Below are positions 47,247 to 59,867 of a stretch of 64,000 bases of DNA, one piece after another (the stretch's first letter is position 1; each line of letters begins with the position of its first letter). The notes under the pieces were generated by a model. The model was not told the origin of the DNA, made no database searches, and worked only from the letters and a program-made list of their open reading frames with translations. A program made the translations under genes and the position numbers. Source of the stretch: Cycas panzhihuaensis (lineage: Eukaryota > Plantae > Cycadophyta); NCBI GenBank assembly GCA_023213395.1, contig CM041465.1:173049741-173113740 (forward strand), given 5' to 3'.

Positions 47247-50200
47247 TGTAGCAATTCCAAGTGGGGTCAACTCTCTCTTTGACTAAAGAGATTTAATTAG
47301 ATTGAGATCATCTTGTGTATTTAACCTCTATAAATAGGCGGGCTAGGAGGCCATTAAGTATACATGGTTGAACAAGGAACTTGGAAGTAGCCAATGGAGC
47401 TATCTACGGAGGTTGCCTCGCCTCAAAGAGGGATTGGGGATATGAACAATAATTGAAATTTGAAACTCTATATTGGAAGACTTATTTTGTTGTTATTACA
47501 TTATTATCTTAATTGCTACATGTATTTGTTTTAATCTTGGTTGTGAAAGATCGTTGTCTGTATGTTTGCACTCATGTATATTTTTTGTGTTGTGTGTACT
47601 TCGTATGCATCATGAGGAATTCCTACAACAATTGGTATCAGAGCAGTTCGAGCCCAAGCACAAGAGTAGGTCTTCTACGTTTGCTAGCAAACTGGAGCAA
47701 TTCAAACTCGTGGGCAAGGGTAGGTCTTCTGTAGGTGCTCGAGGAGATGATTGCAAGCAAATTCAAAATTGAGGTGAAGAGCAAAGGAGATAAAGGAGAA
47801 TATCTCTGTGGAATCGAGAGCCAAACAAAGGTGTGATTGAAAGTCGAACAAGGTAATAAGGGGGAAGATCTTCACCCTCGTTACGCATCTAGTTGTGCGA
47901 AAGGTCATTAGGGCAGGCAGGTGGTTATACCCACCACATCACATCAAGCATCAAGTACATTCCTTGATAGAGAGACCCACGACTCTTCAGAAAGTGCGTT
48001 CCTTCATAGAGAGACCCACGACTCTTCACAATTAGGCACATTCTCTCACAAAGATATCTGTGACTCCTTCATGATGGAAAGATACTCACCACATCTCCTG
48101 AAGCATATTTTCTAATAGAGACATCCACAACTCCATTCATGCAGGGAAGATAACCACAGGAAGGGCGAGATACCCATGCAATTTGCGAGAACTTTTCAAG
48201 ATCCACAATTATTATCAGGACCATTAATCCAAAAGGTAGTTCAAGATATCAATTGAGTGCAGTGTAAAAGGTGAGTATAAAATATAGGAAGCAAGGCAAA
48301 AATTTTGGAAGAAAGAGCGCAGAGCACAATAGGATCTAATTGGGGTAATAGACTCAAATTATATTCAAGCAAATTAGTGAACTACCCCTTCATAGCTATC
48401 GATGGCATATCCCGAAGAACAGATGAAATGACTAAGGAATTAAATCAACTCAACGGTGACCAAGACAAAGATTACGAGAGATTAGAGGAAGCGGTGAAGG
48501 AGGATTTATCAATATAATTTGCAAACTTCAAGTTAGAGGATAAAAAGAGGTTTGGTAATATAGAAAGGAAAATTGAGGATTTGACTCAAAGAATAAGAAT
48601 GTTAACGAATAGTAAGGATGGTACAGGTCCCTCTCATAAAGAGGAATTTTGTCAGACAAGAGGACGAGAAGAATGGCAACAAAGATCTTATTCAAGACAA
48701 AAGGACACCAAATTCATTCTCAAAAAGTTTGGCCCAAAGAAAAACAAAGATATTCACAATTGGATCATTCAAATGGAGATGCACTTCGAAATGAACCCAG
48801 GAATGGAGCAAGACAAGGTAATGCATCATCTCTTCATTTGTACAGAAAGGCTCTCAAACACTTCCATTGGTGGAATAGGATCTATCAGGGAGGAAGGCAT
48901 TACAACTGGGATTGTCTAAAACCATCGTTGATGGAGCAATACTAAGACGCATGGGACACTAACTACTACGGTCAACTAACACGGTTGGTGCAAACAAGCT
49001 CAATACAAGCTTATAACAAGTTGTTCCAAATCTCCAAGGCCTACTTACAGAGGGCCTTAAACTAGAGTTATTGCCAAAATCATACATCATAGAGCTCAAA
49101 AGGAATATTTAATTTTGATAAAGGACAATACGGAACCTACCCTTAAGAGAAGCCATGTGCCAAGCACGAAATGTTGAAGTAAAGACTTAAGATATGAGGC
49201 CAAGTTACGTTCATCGCAGCGAACCCTCTAGATACCAAGGGAAGAGTTATCAAGGCAATCACTACCAACCAAATTGGTAACAATCAGGTACAAAAACAAA
49301 ACCTACACCTACCAAAGGCAGGGATAGTGAACAGATCGGGGATAGGATTTCTAAGGCAAAACATTTAAGAAAAGGAACTTGCTTTAATTGTGGAAAAAAG
49401 TGGAATCGTGACCATAAATGCTCAATGAAAAGGGTGTTCAAGATCAACAATGAGGAAGCAGACATACCAGATATGGAAGTCCCAGAAGAACCACCAGAGA
49501 TGATCAGGAAGTAGAAATCAAGGAGCTACTCAAAGACACGGAAGACAAAAATGTACAAATATCGTTACAGGCTATTATGGGAGAAATTAATACCCCACAA
49601 ACTTTATGTTTCGAAGGTATGGTCAAGAATGCAAAAATATCAATCCTAGTGGACAATGGAAGCATGCATAATTTCATCAATAAACCGACAACAATAACGC
49701 TAGGCCTATATATATGACCACTTAAATGTTTTCCAAGTAACTATTGCAAATGGGAAAAATATGCCCTATGGAGGGTACTGCAAAAGAGGTACACTTGCAA
49801 ATAGGAGACTATGCCACTAAAACTTGTATGTTTGCAATGTTGATAGGAGGAGTTCATATAGTTTTGAGCGCTCAATGGCTACAAAATTTGGGAAATGTGT
49901 GACAAATTATAGAACCTGTTTTATGAGCTTTAGGTAGAAAGGGCACTGGTATACATTACAAGCACCTCCAACACCACCCACGCAGTTGGTGACATCACAC
50001 CAAATGTAAAAGCTACTAAAGAAAAATCCAACGTCATTCTTGATGACATGTTACAAGATCAATATTTAGGATGAAGTGCAAGATCTTATCAATCAATACA
50101 ATGAGGTATTTGAAGAATTGCCGCCTAGTTTACCACCAAGTCAAAGATGCGAGAATACGATTGAGTTAGCACCAGGCACAACACCAGTGAATAACTGGCC

Positions 50201-53200
50201 ATATAGACACCCCCACCATTTCAAAATGGAGATCCAACATATCACTCAAAAACTTCTGCAAAAAAAGTGCATTTCCCCAAGCTTGAGCCCCTTCATGTCA
50301 CCAGTAATACTAAGTCACAAAAAGACAGATCATATCAGATGTGTGTTGATTACAAAGGGCTCAACAAACTAATGATAAAAAGCAAGCACCCTATTCCAAG
50401 GATCGATGACTTACTTGACGAGTTGCATGGACCCAAATATTTGTCCAAAATTGACTTATGTTTAGGATGCTATCAAATTCGAAGATATCTACAAGACAAC
50501 ATTCTGAACCCATGAGGGGCTATTCAAATTCTGAGTCATGCCATTTGTCTTAACTAATGCTCTTGCCATATTCCAAAGCACTATGAACAAGGTACTAAGA
50601 CCATTTTTGCGCAAATTTATTTTGGTTTTCTTTAATGATATTTTAATTTACAACAAGACATGGATAGAACATCTAGAACACATCTGAGCAATACTACAAG
50701 TTCTACATGATAATCAATTCTTCACAAACAAAGCCAAGTGTTCTTTCAGACAAACAAAACTAGAATATCTTGGACACATTATCACCCAGGAGGAGGTTAA
50801 GGTGGATCCTCGAAAGGTCCAAGCCATTGTTGATTGGCCCACACCAAAGAATATAATGGGGGTAAAGAGTTTTCTAAGCGCAACTAGATTTTTGCGACAA
50901 TTCATCAAGGGATATACACACATGGCAGTGCCATTGACAAATTTAACAAAGAAAGAGGCTTTCACATGGATCAACTTGGTAGGGGATGCATTTCAAACTT
51001 TAAAGAGAGCTATGGTAACTGCTCTAGTACTTGCTACATCAGATTTCAGCCAACCCTTCACATTGGAATGTGGCACATCAGGATCAAGATTAGGAGTAGT
51101 ACTACTTCAAGAGGGTCAACCACTGGTTTTCGAAATCCACAAATTAAACAAAAAGGAATGACTCAAACCTATCTATAATAAGGAAATGTTAGCAATTATG
51201 CACACAATTAACAAATGCAAGCAATACTTACTTAGAAGCGAATTTATGGTCAAAACTAATCATGATAGCCTCAAATGCTTCTTAAATCAAAAAGCATTTT
51301 CAGATGAACAACAAAAATGGGTAAGTAAGCTTCAATCATTTGATTTTGAAATCATTTACAAAAAGGGAAAGGAAAATGCTATTTCAGACGCCTTATCCAA
51401 GATCCTAGAAGATATCACCATACAAGCCATCTCCATCGCCATCCCAAACTAGACCCAAGAGTTGATTCATGAATACCACCACGACCCTATATCACAAAGA
51501 ATTTTACAAGAAATTAATGTGGGATAGGGCAAGTATGAAAAAAAAAGGCAATTTAATCTACGAGAAAGGAAGAATTATGATACCACACAACTGCGAACTC
51601 AAAGATAAAATTCTACAAGAGGCACATTCTACCCTAAAAGCGGGACATGTGGGAATCGATAAGACCTATCAACATCTCTGAAATACCATCTTTTGGAAAG
51701 GCATGAAAATAGATGTCCACAAGCTTGTTTCAAAAGGCAACATATGTCAAAGGAACAAACTAGAAAGTATAAAGTTGCCCAGATTACTACAACCTCTGCA
51801 TATATTAAAGAAGAAATGGAAAAAATTCTCAATGGATTTCATAACAAGATTACCCACCATAAAAGTAAAAGATGCCATTTTTGTCGTAGTTGACTACTTA
51901 ACTAAATATGCTCACTTTTTAGGAATATCAACAATTGCCAAAGTGAGTCAGATAGTTGAAATCTTCATCAAAGGAAATTTATCGACTTTATAAATTTCCA
52001 AAAGTCATCATCAATGATCGCAATCCCAAATTCACAAGTACCTTCTCGTAGGAGTTATTCAGGCAAACACGCATGAAACTTGCTATGAGCACAGCCTACC
52101 ACCCACAAACAGATGGACAGATAAAGGCAGTAAATAAATCCTTGGAGGGGTATCTACGAAATTTCACATCTGACAAGTAGCAACAATGGCATAAATGGCT
52201 CTACTTGGCTAAATGGTGATATAACACTACCTACCATACCTCTACCAGAATGGCACCATTTCAAGATCTATATGGATTTGAACCTCCATCAATCCTCACT
52301 TGGAATACAACGTCACCAGTCCAATCAGTCCAAGAACAACAACAACAACTGCAACAAACAATGCAAATACTCAAAGATAATTTAAATATGGCCAAAAATT
52401 GTATGAAATAGCAAATGGATAAGCACATAACAGAACAAACTTTTGAACTAGGAGATCAAGTCTTCCTCAAACTCCAACCATACAAACAAACAACCATAAA
52501 AAGACTTGGAAAGACCAAGCTACAAGCTCGGTTCTTCATACCATACCAAGTCTTGGATAAAATAGGAGAAATCACCTATCGACTAGATCTAACCATCGCC
52601 AAGTGCATCCATAATGTCTTCCACGCCTCATGCCTCAAAAGGAAATTGGGACAAAACACCGTACCTTAGACCAATTACTAGAACTTGATGAGAAAGGGAA
52701 GATAATAATTGAGCTAGAAGGTATTCTATAAATAAAAACAAGGAACCTATGTACAAGAGAAATACAAGAATACTTGATAAAGTGGAGGAACCAAGATCTT
52801 GAAGATTCTACCTGGGAATCAGAAGACTAGTATCAGCAACACAAGCAACTTCCCATGTTTTGAGGGCAAAGCATACTTTCAAGGGGAGGGAATTCTAGCA
52901 TTTCCAAGTGGGGCTAACTCTCTCTTTTACTAAAGAGATTTAATTAGATTGAGATTGTCTTGTGTATTTAGCCTCTATAAATAGGTGGGCTAGGAGGCCA
53001 TTAAGTATGCATGGTTGACAAGGAACTTGGAAGTAGCCAGTGGAGCTATCTACAGAGGTCACCTCACCTTGAACAAGGATTGGAGCTGTAAACGATAAGT
53101 GATATTTGAAACTCTATATTAGAAGACTTATTTTGTTGTTATTACATTATTATCTTAATTACTTCATGTATTTGTTTTGATCTCTATTGTAAAAGATTGT

Positions 53201-53276
53201 TGTCTATATATCTACACTCATGTATATTTTTTGTGTTGCGTGTACTCCATATATGTCTGGAGGAATTCTTGCAATA
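47247..53276 (+). mobile_element. Element N: full-length decayed Ty3/Gypsy chromovirus (6030 bp)
   Basis: LTRs 47247-47630 and 52894-53276 (~87-89% identical). Perfect TSD GGGAA. PBS tggtatcagagc at 47633-47644 and PPT aaggggagggaa at 52881-52892. Confidence 0.93.
48300..52863 (+). pseudogene. gag-pol: Gypsy gag-pol of N, heavily interrupted
   Basis: Gag 'DIHNWIIQMEMHF', knuckle 'CFNCGKKWNRDHKC', PR 'ILVDNGSMHNFI', RT 'HPIPRIDDLLDEL', RH 'KTNHDSLK', INT 'FSMDFITRLP' and chromodomain 'EYLIKWRNQDLEDSTWES'. Confidence 0.9.
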
Positions 53277-53780
53277 GGGAATTGTTCTAAATTTTGTTGT
53301 GTATAAATGCAAAGTACTTCATTCAACCATTTTGCATTGAATTATAGCTGTATAATTATTTTCTTTTTGTTGAAAGTTGAGGAATGAGGCTACATATGCA
53401 ACAAGAAGGCGACAACGTTATGGAGAAAATGGGTTCAATGGTTGAAGATGGATTAGTGCGAGTTTATGGCCTAAAAGGGGTACTGAATGGAAGACAAGAT
53501 AGTGTCACCTCAAGGGTAGCAAGCACAGCAATTGAGAGGGGGACCAAAATCATAGACTCAATAGATGGTTATAAACCATATGAATGCTAACCCACTGAGT
53601 AGATTAATTAATCATGGCCAATATTCAAAAAAAAAATACATGGATGGGTCATAACTAAGTGCTAGCAAAACTAGTTATGAGAATCTCATAAGAGATTCAG
53701 AGCTCAAATGTTGATAAATTTTTTATATGCTAGATTCACTTTAAGGCTAATTAGGCAACTTATCCAGAGAAAAGAAAAGT

Positions 53781-56700
53781 TGTACTAAAACTATTGATGT
53801 ATAGTTCAAAAATAAACTAAAATATCAAGTAAAATAATATATATAACTGCAAAATACTTGCAAGATATGAGCGATTGAATCTAGCTCCCTCTTTGAGAGG
53901 AGGGGTCCTCCAAACTGCTACCTTTAAGGTCAAAAATACAACAAATCCAAAACTCCTCAAATTTCCCAAGAACAAGGTTGAATAGCCTTATAAACAGGCA
54001 GATAGAATAATACTAAAGATTTTGGATAGTAGAACTTGGCTAGAATAAAGAAAGAGGTTAGCCAGAACACTCTTGAAAGTTGGCTAGAAAGTGACATAAA
54101 CATTGCTAGTTTGAAGTCAGCCAAACTGAGACAACATGCACAATAGATGTCAGCTAGACTGTGGAAAGGAAAGCTACAAGTCCCTCCCCTTGAAACATTG
54201 CTTTGCCCTCAAAGCATGGGTAAATTGGGGTGTTGACAGCACCATTCTTCTAACTCCCAAGTTGCATCTTCCTAATTCAGTGTCTTCCACTTAATGATAT
54301 ATTTTTGGATTTCTCTAGAGTGTAGTCTTTTTGTACAAATCTATAAAATTCTCTCTAGTTCGATAATGATCTTACCTTCATCGTCAAGCACTGGTAATTC
54401 TGTTTAAGGCATGATATTTTGTCCAAGTTTTTGTCTGAGACATGACACCTAAAAGACGTTACAGATTCGACTATTTGGGGGAAAGTCTAGCCTGTATGCT
54501 ACTTCCCCCACCTTATCGATAACTTGATATGGGCCAAAGAATTGTAGTTGTAGTCTATGTTTTCCTGATTGTTTAATGGAGGATTGCCTATATGGTTGGA
54601 GTCTTAAGAAGACCTAGTCTCCTATCGTAAAAGCTCTTTCTGGTTTGTGTAAATCTGCCTACTATTTCATCCAATTCTTGGTCAGGTTGAAGTTGTCCTT
54701 TACTAGTTGCATTGTTTGCTCCATTTGTTCCTGTTGTTCTTGAATCGATTGTACGTTTGAAATTTTTTACCATGGGAGGATGGATGGCAGTTCAAATCCA
54801 TATAAGGCTTGGAATGGGGTCATTTTTGCAGAAGTATGGTATGTGGTGTTGCACTACCACTCAACAAGGTGGAGCCATTTGTGCCATTATTGTTGTTTGT
54901 CTAATGTGAAGTTCTGAAGGTACCCTTCCAAACATTTATTTATGACTTCAGTTTGTCCATCAGATTGGGTGTGGTAGGTCGTACTCATGGATAATTTTAT
55001 GCACACTAGTTTGAATAATTCTTGCTAGAAGTGGCTAGCAAATTTAGGATTGCGATCGCTGAATACAACTTTTGGAAATCCATGTAGGCAATGTATCTCC
55101 TTTATGTAAATCTCAACAATTCATCTGGCTTTTGCTATTGCCTGCGTCCCCTTGAAATGAGCATATTTTGTTAATCGGTTGATGACAACAAAAAAGGTAT
55201 CCTTGCCTTTTGACTTTGGTAATCCAATTATGAAATCCATCGAGACCTCTTCCCATTTTTGTTCTGGTATATGCAGAGGTTGAAGATGTTAAACTTTCAA
55301 CATGAAAAGCATTCAACATCAACAAGATCAATGGACAAAATGGAAATTGTATTAATTCAGATTAAAGATGGCTATACCGTGATATTGCCACACCACGAAC
55401 TCGACAAGAGACTCCATGATGACTTGATGATCCCTACTCTACCTCACTCACCTATTTATACATCATAGATGAAAACATATGAGATGAGGTGAGTTACATG
55501 CGGGACAAATGACCTTTGACCTACCCAATGACTTTTCACCGACTAACTGACCAATGACTTTTCAACTTCTTACATAGCAATATTATAATATGAGACCCTT
55601 AAACCCTAATATAATACTTAGGACTACAACACTATTGACCCTAAGACACAACTTACACCTCAATATGTTAAACATTTACACATTAAACATTATCTTCCAA
55701 CACCTCCCCTTAATGTTTAATGTCAAGACCACAAAATTAAACACTAAAAACATCATGACAGCTAGTACTAAGGACTGACAACAAAACTGACACAAGACTT
55801 GACATAAGATATTGTTTGAATTTGCAGCGCCTCAATCTGGGAATCTTTCTGAAGACAATGTCATGAGCTCGATCTTCGTCTGGAATGCAACAAAGCCTTT
55901 TATTCTTGTGTATCATGATTACTCCATCATTTCATGTTTCTTGCTTGATGACCTTGAGTGTCCTAATTGTAAGTGTGATCTCCTTTAATTATTGTCTCCG
56001 GGATCAAATGTGACATGGTTTGGGCTTTAAGACTTCCATGAAACAACATTAATTTATCTCCAAGGCAGCAAGTATGATCAACTTCTCAAGCAAACAAACA
56101 CTCTTGAAAGAAAAGGAGGAGCAATGATTTCTTTCCTAGCTCCATAAGTATAGGTGCCTGTCCTGATTCAACAAAATACTTTGTTTTCCTTTCATCATCT
56201 AAGGAATCTATTGACATGCCAAATATGATGAAAATTTCTTGTCATGATCACATGTGTACGCTTTCCAATTATGGTTACATAAAGACAATATATCACCTCA
56301 ACATGATTGATTTTCAAGACTGAGTAACTTGCCCAAAATATACAACAATCTTGGTGGACAAGATTTTGACCAAATGACATTTTGATTGTATTCTTCCTTT
56401 CTTTGAAAGAATCTTCCAGTGCCATTGCAGGATATGTTAACACAATTTGAATTCTTTCAAGGATAAGAATAGAAGATGCTGTCATATTGAATGTGACCAA
56501 ACAGAGTTTTGTGCACATGCATACAACTATGTGACCTAATAGCATTTGGAAATTGGTAATCAATCTATCAACAAAAATAATTGTAATGTTACCCAAACCT
56601 TTTACTAAGGCAACTATGTCACCATAATGTACTACCTGTAATAGATGCTCTCTGAAATCATTTTTAGGTTTTTCAAACTCCATCCTTTCAGCAATTTGCA

Positions 56701-59700
56701 AGGCAATCTTCCCTTTCAACATGCTGCAGCTCAAAGTGTTTGGTGAGATAATATTCTTCTCAATCATCAAATCTTCATTTTTATCTTCTTGTTCAGGTTT
56801 CAAATGGTGATCCCTTCACCTATTTTTAGAAATAGCTTCACATAGATTTTCATCCCTTTTGTGAATGTCAGATGAGCCTATGAGAGATCTGGTCTTACCA
56901 GAATCAATCTGATTGCTTGCATTATCATTTTTTGCTTTCCTCTTCAACTTCTTTTTCTAGTTCTTGGTTAGGTTGTTACACATAACCTGATCTCCTCTGT
57001 TACCTGCATCACATAATTCATTTGTCTTTTGGATAATCTCCTGCACCTCTTTAGGGGTCTTTTCATGCACTTCTTTTAGTAAGCTCAAAGCCTTTTTAGC
57101 AGAATTAGTATTTTGAAGTGCATGAATGAGAAACTGATAGGAAGGACGAAGGTTTTCCTTGTCAAAAGTTGCAAGCATCACATCAATGGCTACTCTATTC
57201 TTCTTTTTGAAAATTTCCTCCCCTTCTTCATTAATCAATGCAGGATCATCAAGAATAATTTTCCATAGCCTTCTAAACATAAATATACATTCCATTATGA
57301 TTTTCTAGATTTGAAAATTAGTTTTGATATATTTGGGCAAGGCTATGTTACTATCTGTTATCCAAAATTCATTCTTTTCTGACACAGAAACAATAATATC
57401 TTCCAACTCCATGATGTGAGACTGAGTTGATTACAAACACATTCATTAGGATTAATGCATCAACTTCAACCTAAAATAACTTTAGGAAATTATCAACAAA
57501 TACCTTCAAATCACGTGCCAAAATGATCGTCTTTGAAATACAGTTCCAATGCCTTAGATAGTTTGGAGAACGGACACTTGGATGCAAAAATATATAGAGA
57601 AATGTGTTGACACCTCTTTATAAAGAACAACTTCAAATTAATAAGAGATTAGCCCCTTAATAAATCAGCAACTAATCACATTAGTACTCCATATGATCAA
57701 GGGGTTAACCGCTAGGGGGCTAGCGGATTTCAAACCACGTTCCAATTTAGTTTAATCCAAAAGTGACTTTGCAAAATTAATAAAATCCGCCCTAATTTGT
57801 TTAGCGTCTGCGGATTTTAAATCAATACTCAATCTAATTTAATCAAGTAGAACATTTGCAAACTTTTTTCAGGTCAAATTTCACCCTCCTTTTTCGCGCA
57901 AATTCGTCCACGAACCAAATGACAAAATTTGATTAATTTGATGAAATCTCTCCGCTGCTCCATTTATGGGTATTACTTCATCTTCACGTGGCAAATTCTG
58001 TGAGCGATGAACTCTCTGTTGTAGCTCTTGCGATGGAATCACCTAGGATGTCAGGAGGCCACTGCTTTACAAAGAGCACCGCCCACAATACACCTATGTC
58101 CACACCAATTGCATGTCGCTCAGTTAAAAAAGTCTTCAAGCAAATTCTTCGACCTGTCAATAGGACGATCCTTTTCTATTATTCAAACGGGTTCACGATC
58201 CTTGTCTGGTCTGGATGGCACAGAAGCAATTGCCCTTTGATTTGATTTACAACGACGAGCATCAATATCTGGCAGCGGCTATGGGGAGGTAACTCTCTAA
58301 AAATATTTTCAAAGACGATGAACAGTCAGTGGAAATGACTGCCAGTAGGATCCCTAAGATCTAAGATTTTTTTTAATCAATTTCGCAGGATTGCAACCCT
58401 AATTTTGACGGCCATTGATGCTTTTTCCCCAAATAGCCTTTCTCTAAATTTGGATGAAACGGAAATATTGTCAAGCACCAGGAATACCTTATTAGGTCAA
58501 TACGAACAATCTACAACTCTCTTTATGCACACGACTCTTCACATAGGCAATCCTCCCAGATACAGTTCTTCCAACAGGCTAGGGTATGAAGCAATCTTCA
58601 CACAAATTTCCACGATCAAGGGCGACTGGCTAATATCTTCGTGGTCATCAATAGCTTGATCCCTTCATCGGCCGTGTGTGTTCTCACTTCATGTGGCAGC
58701 TTTTAAAATGTCCATGAGCCATCTCAACATGATACAACATCTTCATTGCTATTTCTTCTTAGTGCAGGGTTTTCATATGTGGCAATTCAAATATGCCTGG
58801 ACATTATTCTTTCCATGCTAGTTTGGGTGCCACTTTTTATGACAAGCAAGTCCTCTAGAACTCTACATATTGACTCTTTCCTTTAGTAGCTTACTCATAG
58901 AAACGAGCAACTATTTTTCATAGGTTTTATTCCAGAAGAAAATAAGGCACTTAAAATTTTGTCAAAAAAATCCTCAATAATTTTCATCACAAAACCCTTG
59001 AATGTACACAACACTTCACTTGGTCTTTAGTAGAATATATATATGATCACTAATTTCTTCATAGATTAAAGACTAACCAACAATATCCTCACATGTCACA
59101 ATTTCATTAACCGAAGACTTCATAAGACCCTACCTCATAGCCTTTTTCATATAACAAGATAAGAGGACAAAATTAATCGATACAAATTCTCTCTCATATC
59201 ACCACTTGGCACACCTTGCAATAATGATGACCTTGGGACTTCACCTTCCCAATTCAAATCTTCAATCCAGTAACCGACTTAACGAAGCCACCTCCTCCCT
59301 TATTAAAATTTTAGTGAACTTTCACAACAACAGCCTTAACATGCAACCTACTCTAATACCATGTTAAGCTTTCAACATGAAGAGCATTCAACATCAACAA
59401 GATCAATGGATAAAATGGAAACTGTATTAACTCAGATTAAAGATGACTACACCATGATACTACCACACCATGGACTCAACAAGAGACTCCATGATGACTT
59501 GATGATCCCTACTCTACCTCACTCACCTATTTATACATCATAAGTGGGAACATATGAGATGAGGTGAGTTACATGTGGGACAAATGACCTTTGACCTACC
59601 CAATGACTTTTCACCTACTAATTGACCAATGACCTTTCAACTTCTTTCATAGCAATATTATAATATAAGACCCCTAAACCCTAATATAATACTTAGGACT

Positions 59701-59867
59701 ACAACACTATTGACCTTAAGACACAACTTACACCTTAATACATTAAACATTATCTTCCAACAAAAGAAGGTCAGCACTCTTTATACTTTCGCTTTTGTTC
59801 CTTTGGTAGGTGTTGCATTCATAAACAAACTTGTACATCTGCTTTCATCCCCTTCCAAAAAAAAGTG
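53781..59867 (-). mobile_element. Element O: 3' remnant of an N-related chromovirus (INT, chromodomain, 3' LTR), split by P and cut by Q
   Basis: PPT tccctcccct at 54181-54190 and LTR edge gctaca at 54178 (left edge ~53781 is tentative). INT and chromodomain relic at 54200-55286. The INT zinc region 'FWKGMKADVQ' at 59763-59867 rejoins across P as 'LLQPLHI'. Confidence 0.75.
55287..59762 (-). mobile_element. Element P: non-autonomous Copia-derived LTR element (4.5 kb) with gag-like relic, no RT/RH and a ~1.9-kb leader
   Basis: LTRs 55287-55702 and 59362-59762 (~92-94% identical). TSD gaaga/aaaga. PBS actctaatacca at 59350-59361 and PPT cctcccctta at 55703. Copia-Gag-like 'NFQI*KIIMECIFMFRRLWKII' at ~57260-57320. 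Confidence 0.88.

Noticed and set aside
55259-55778. Repeated ORFs (55259-55468 / 59361-59543 and 55590-55778 / 59710-59904) as duplicated genes
   Set aside because: They are chance frames within the two LTRs of P.
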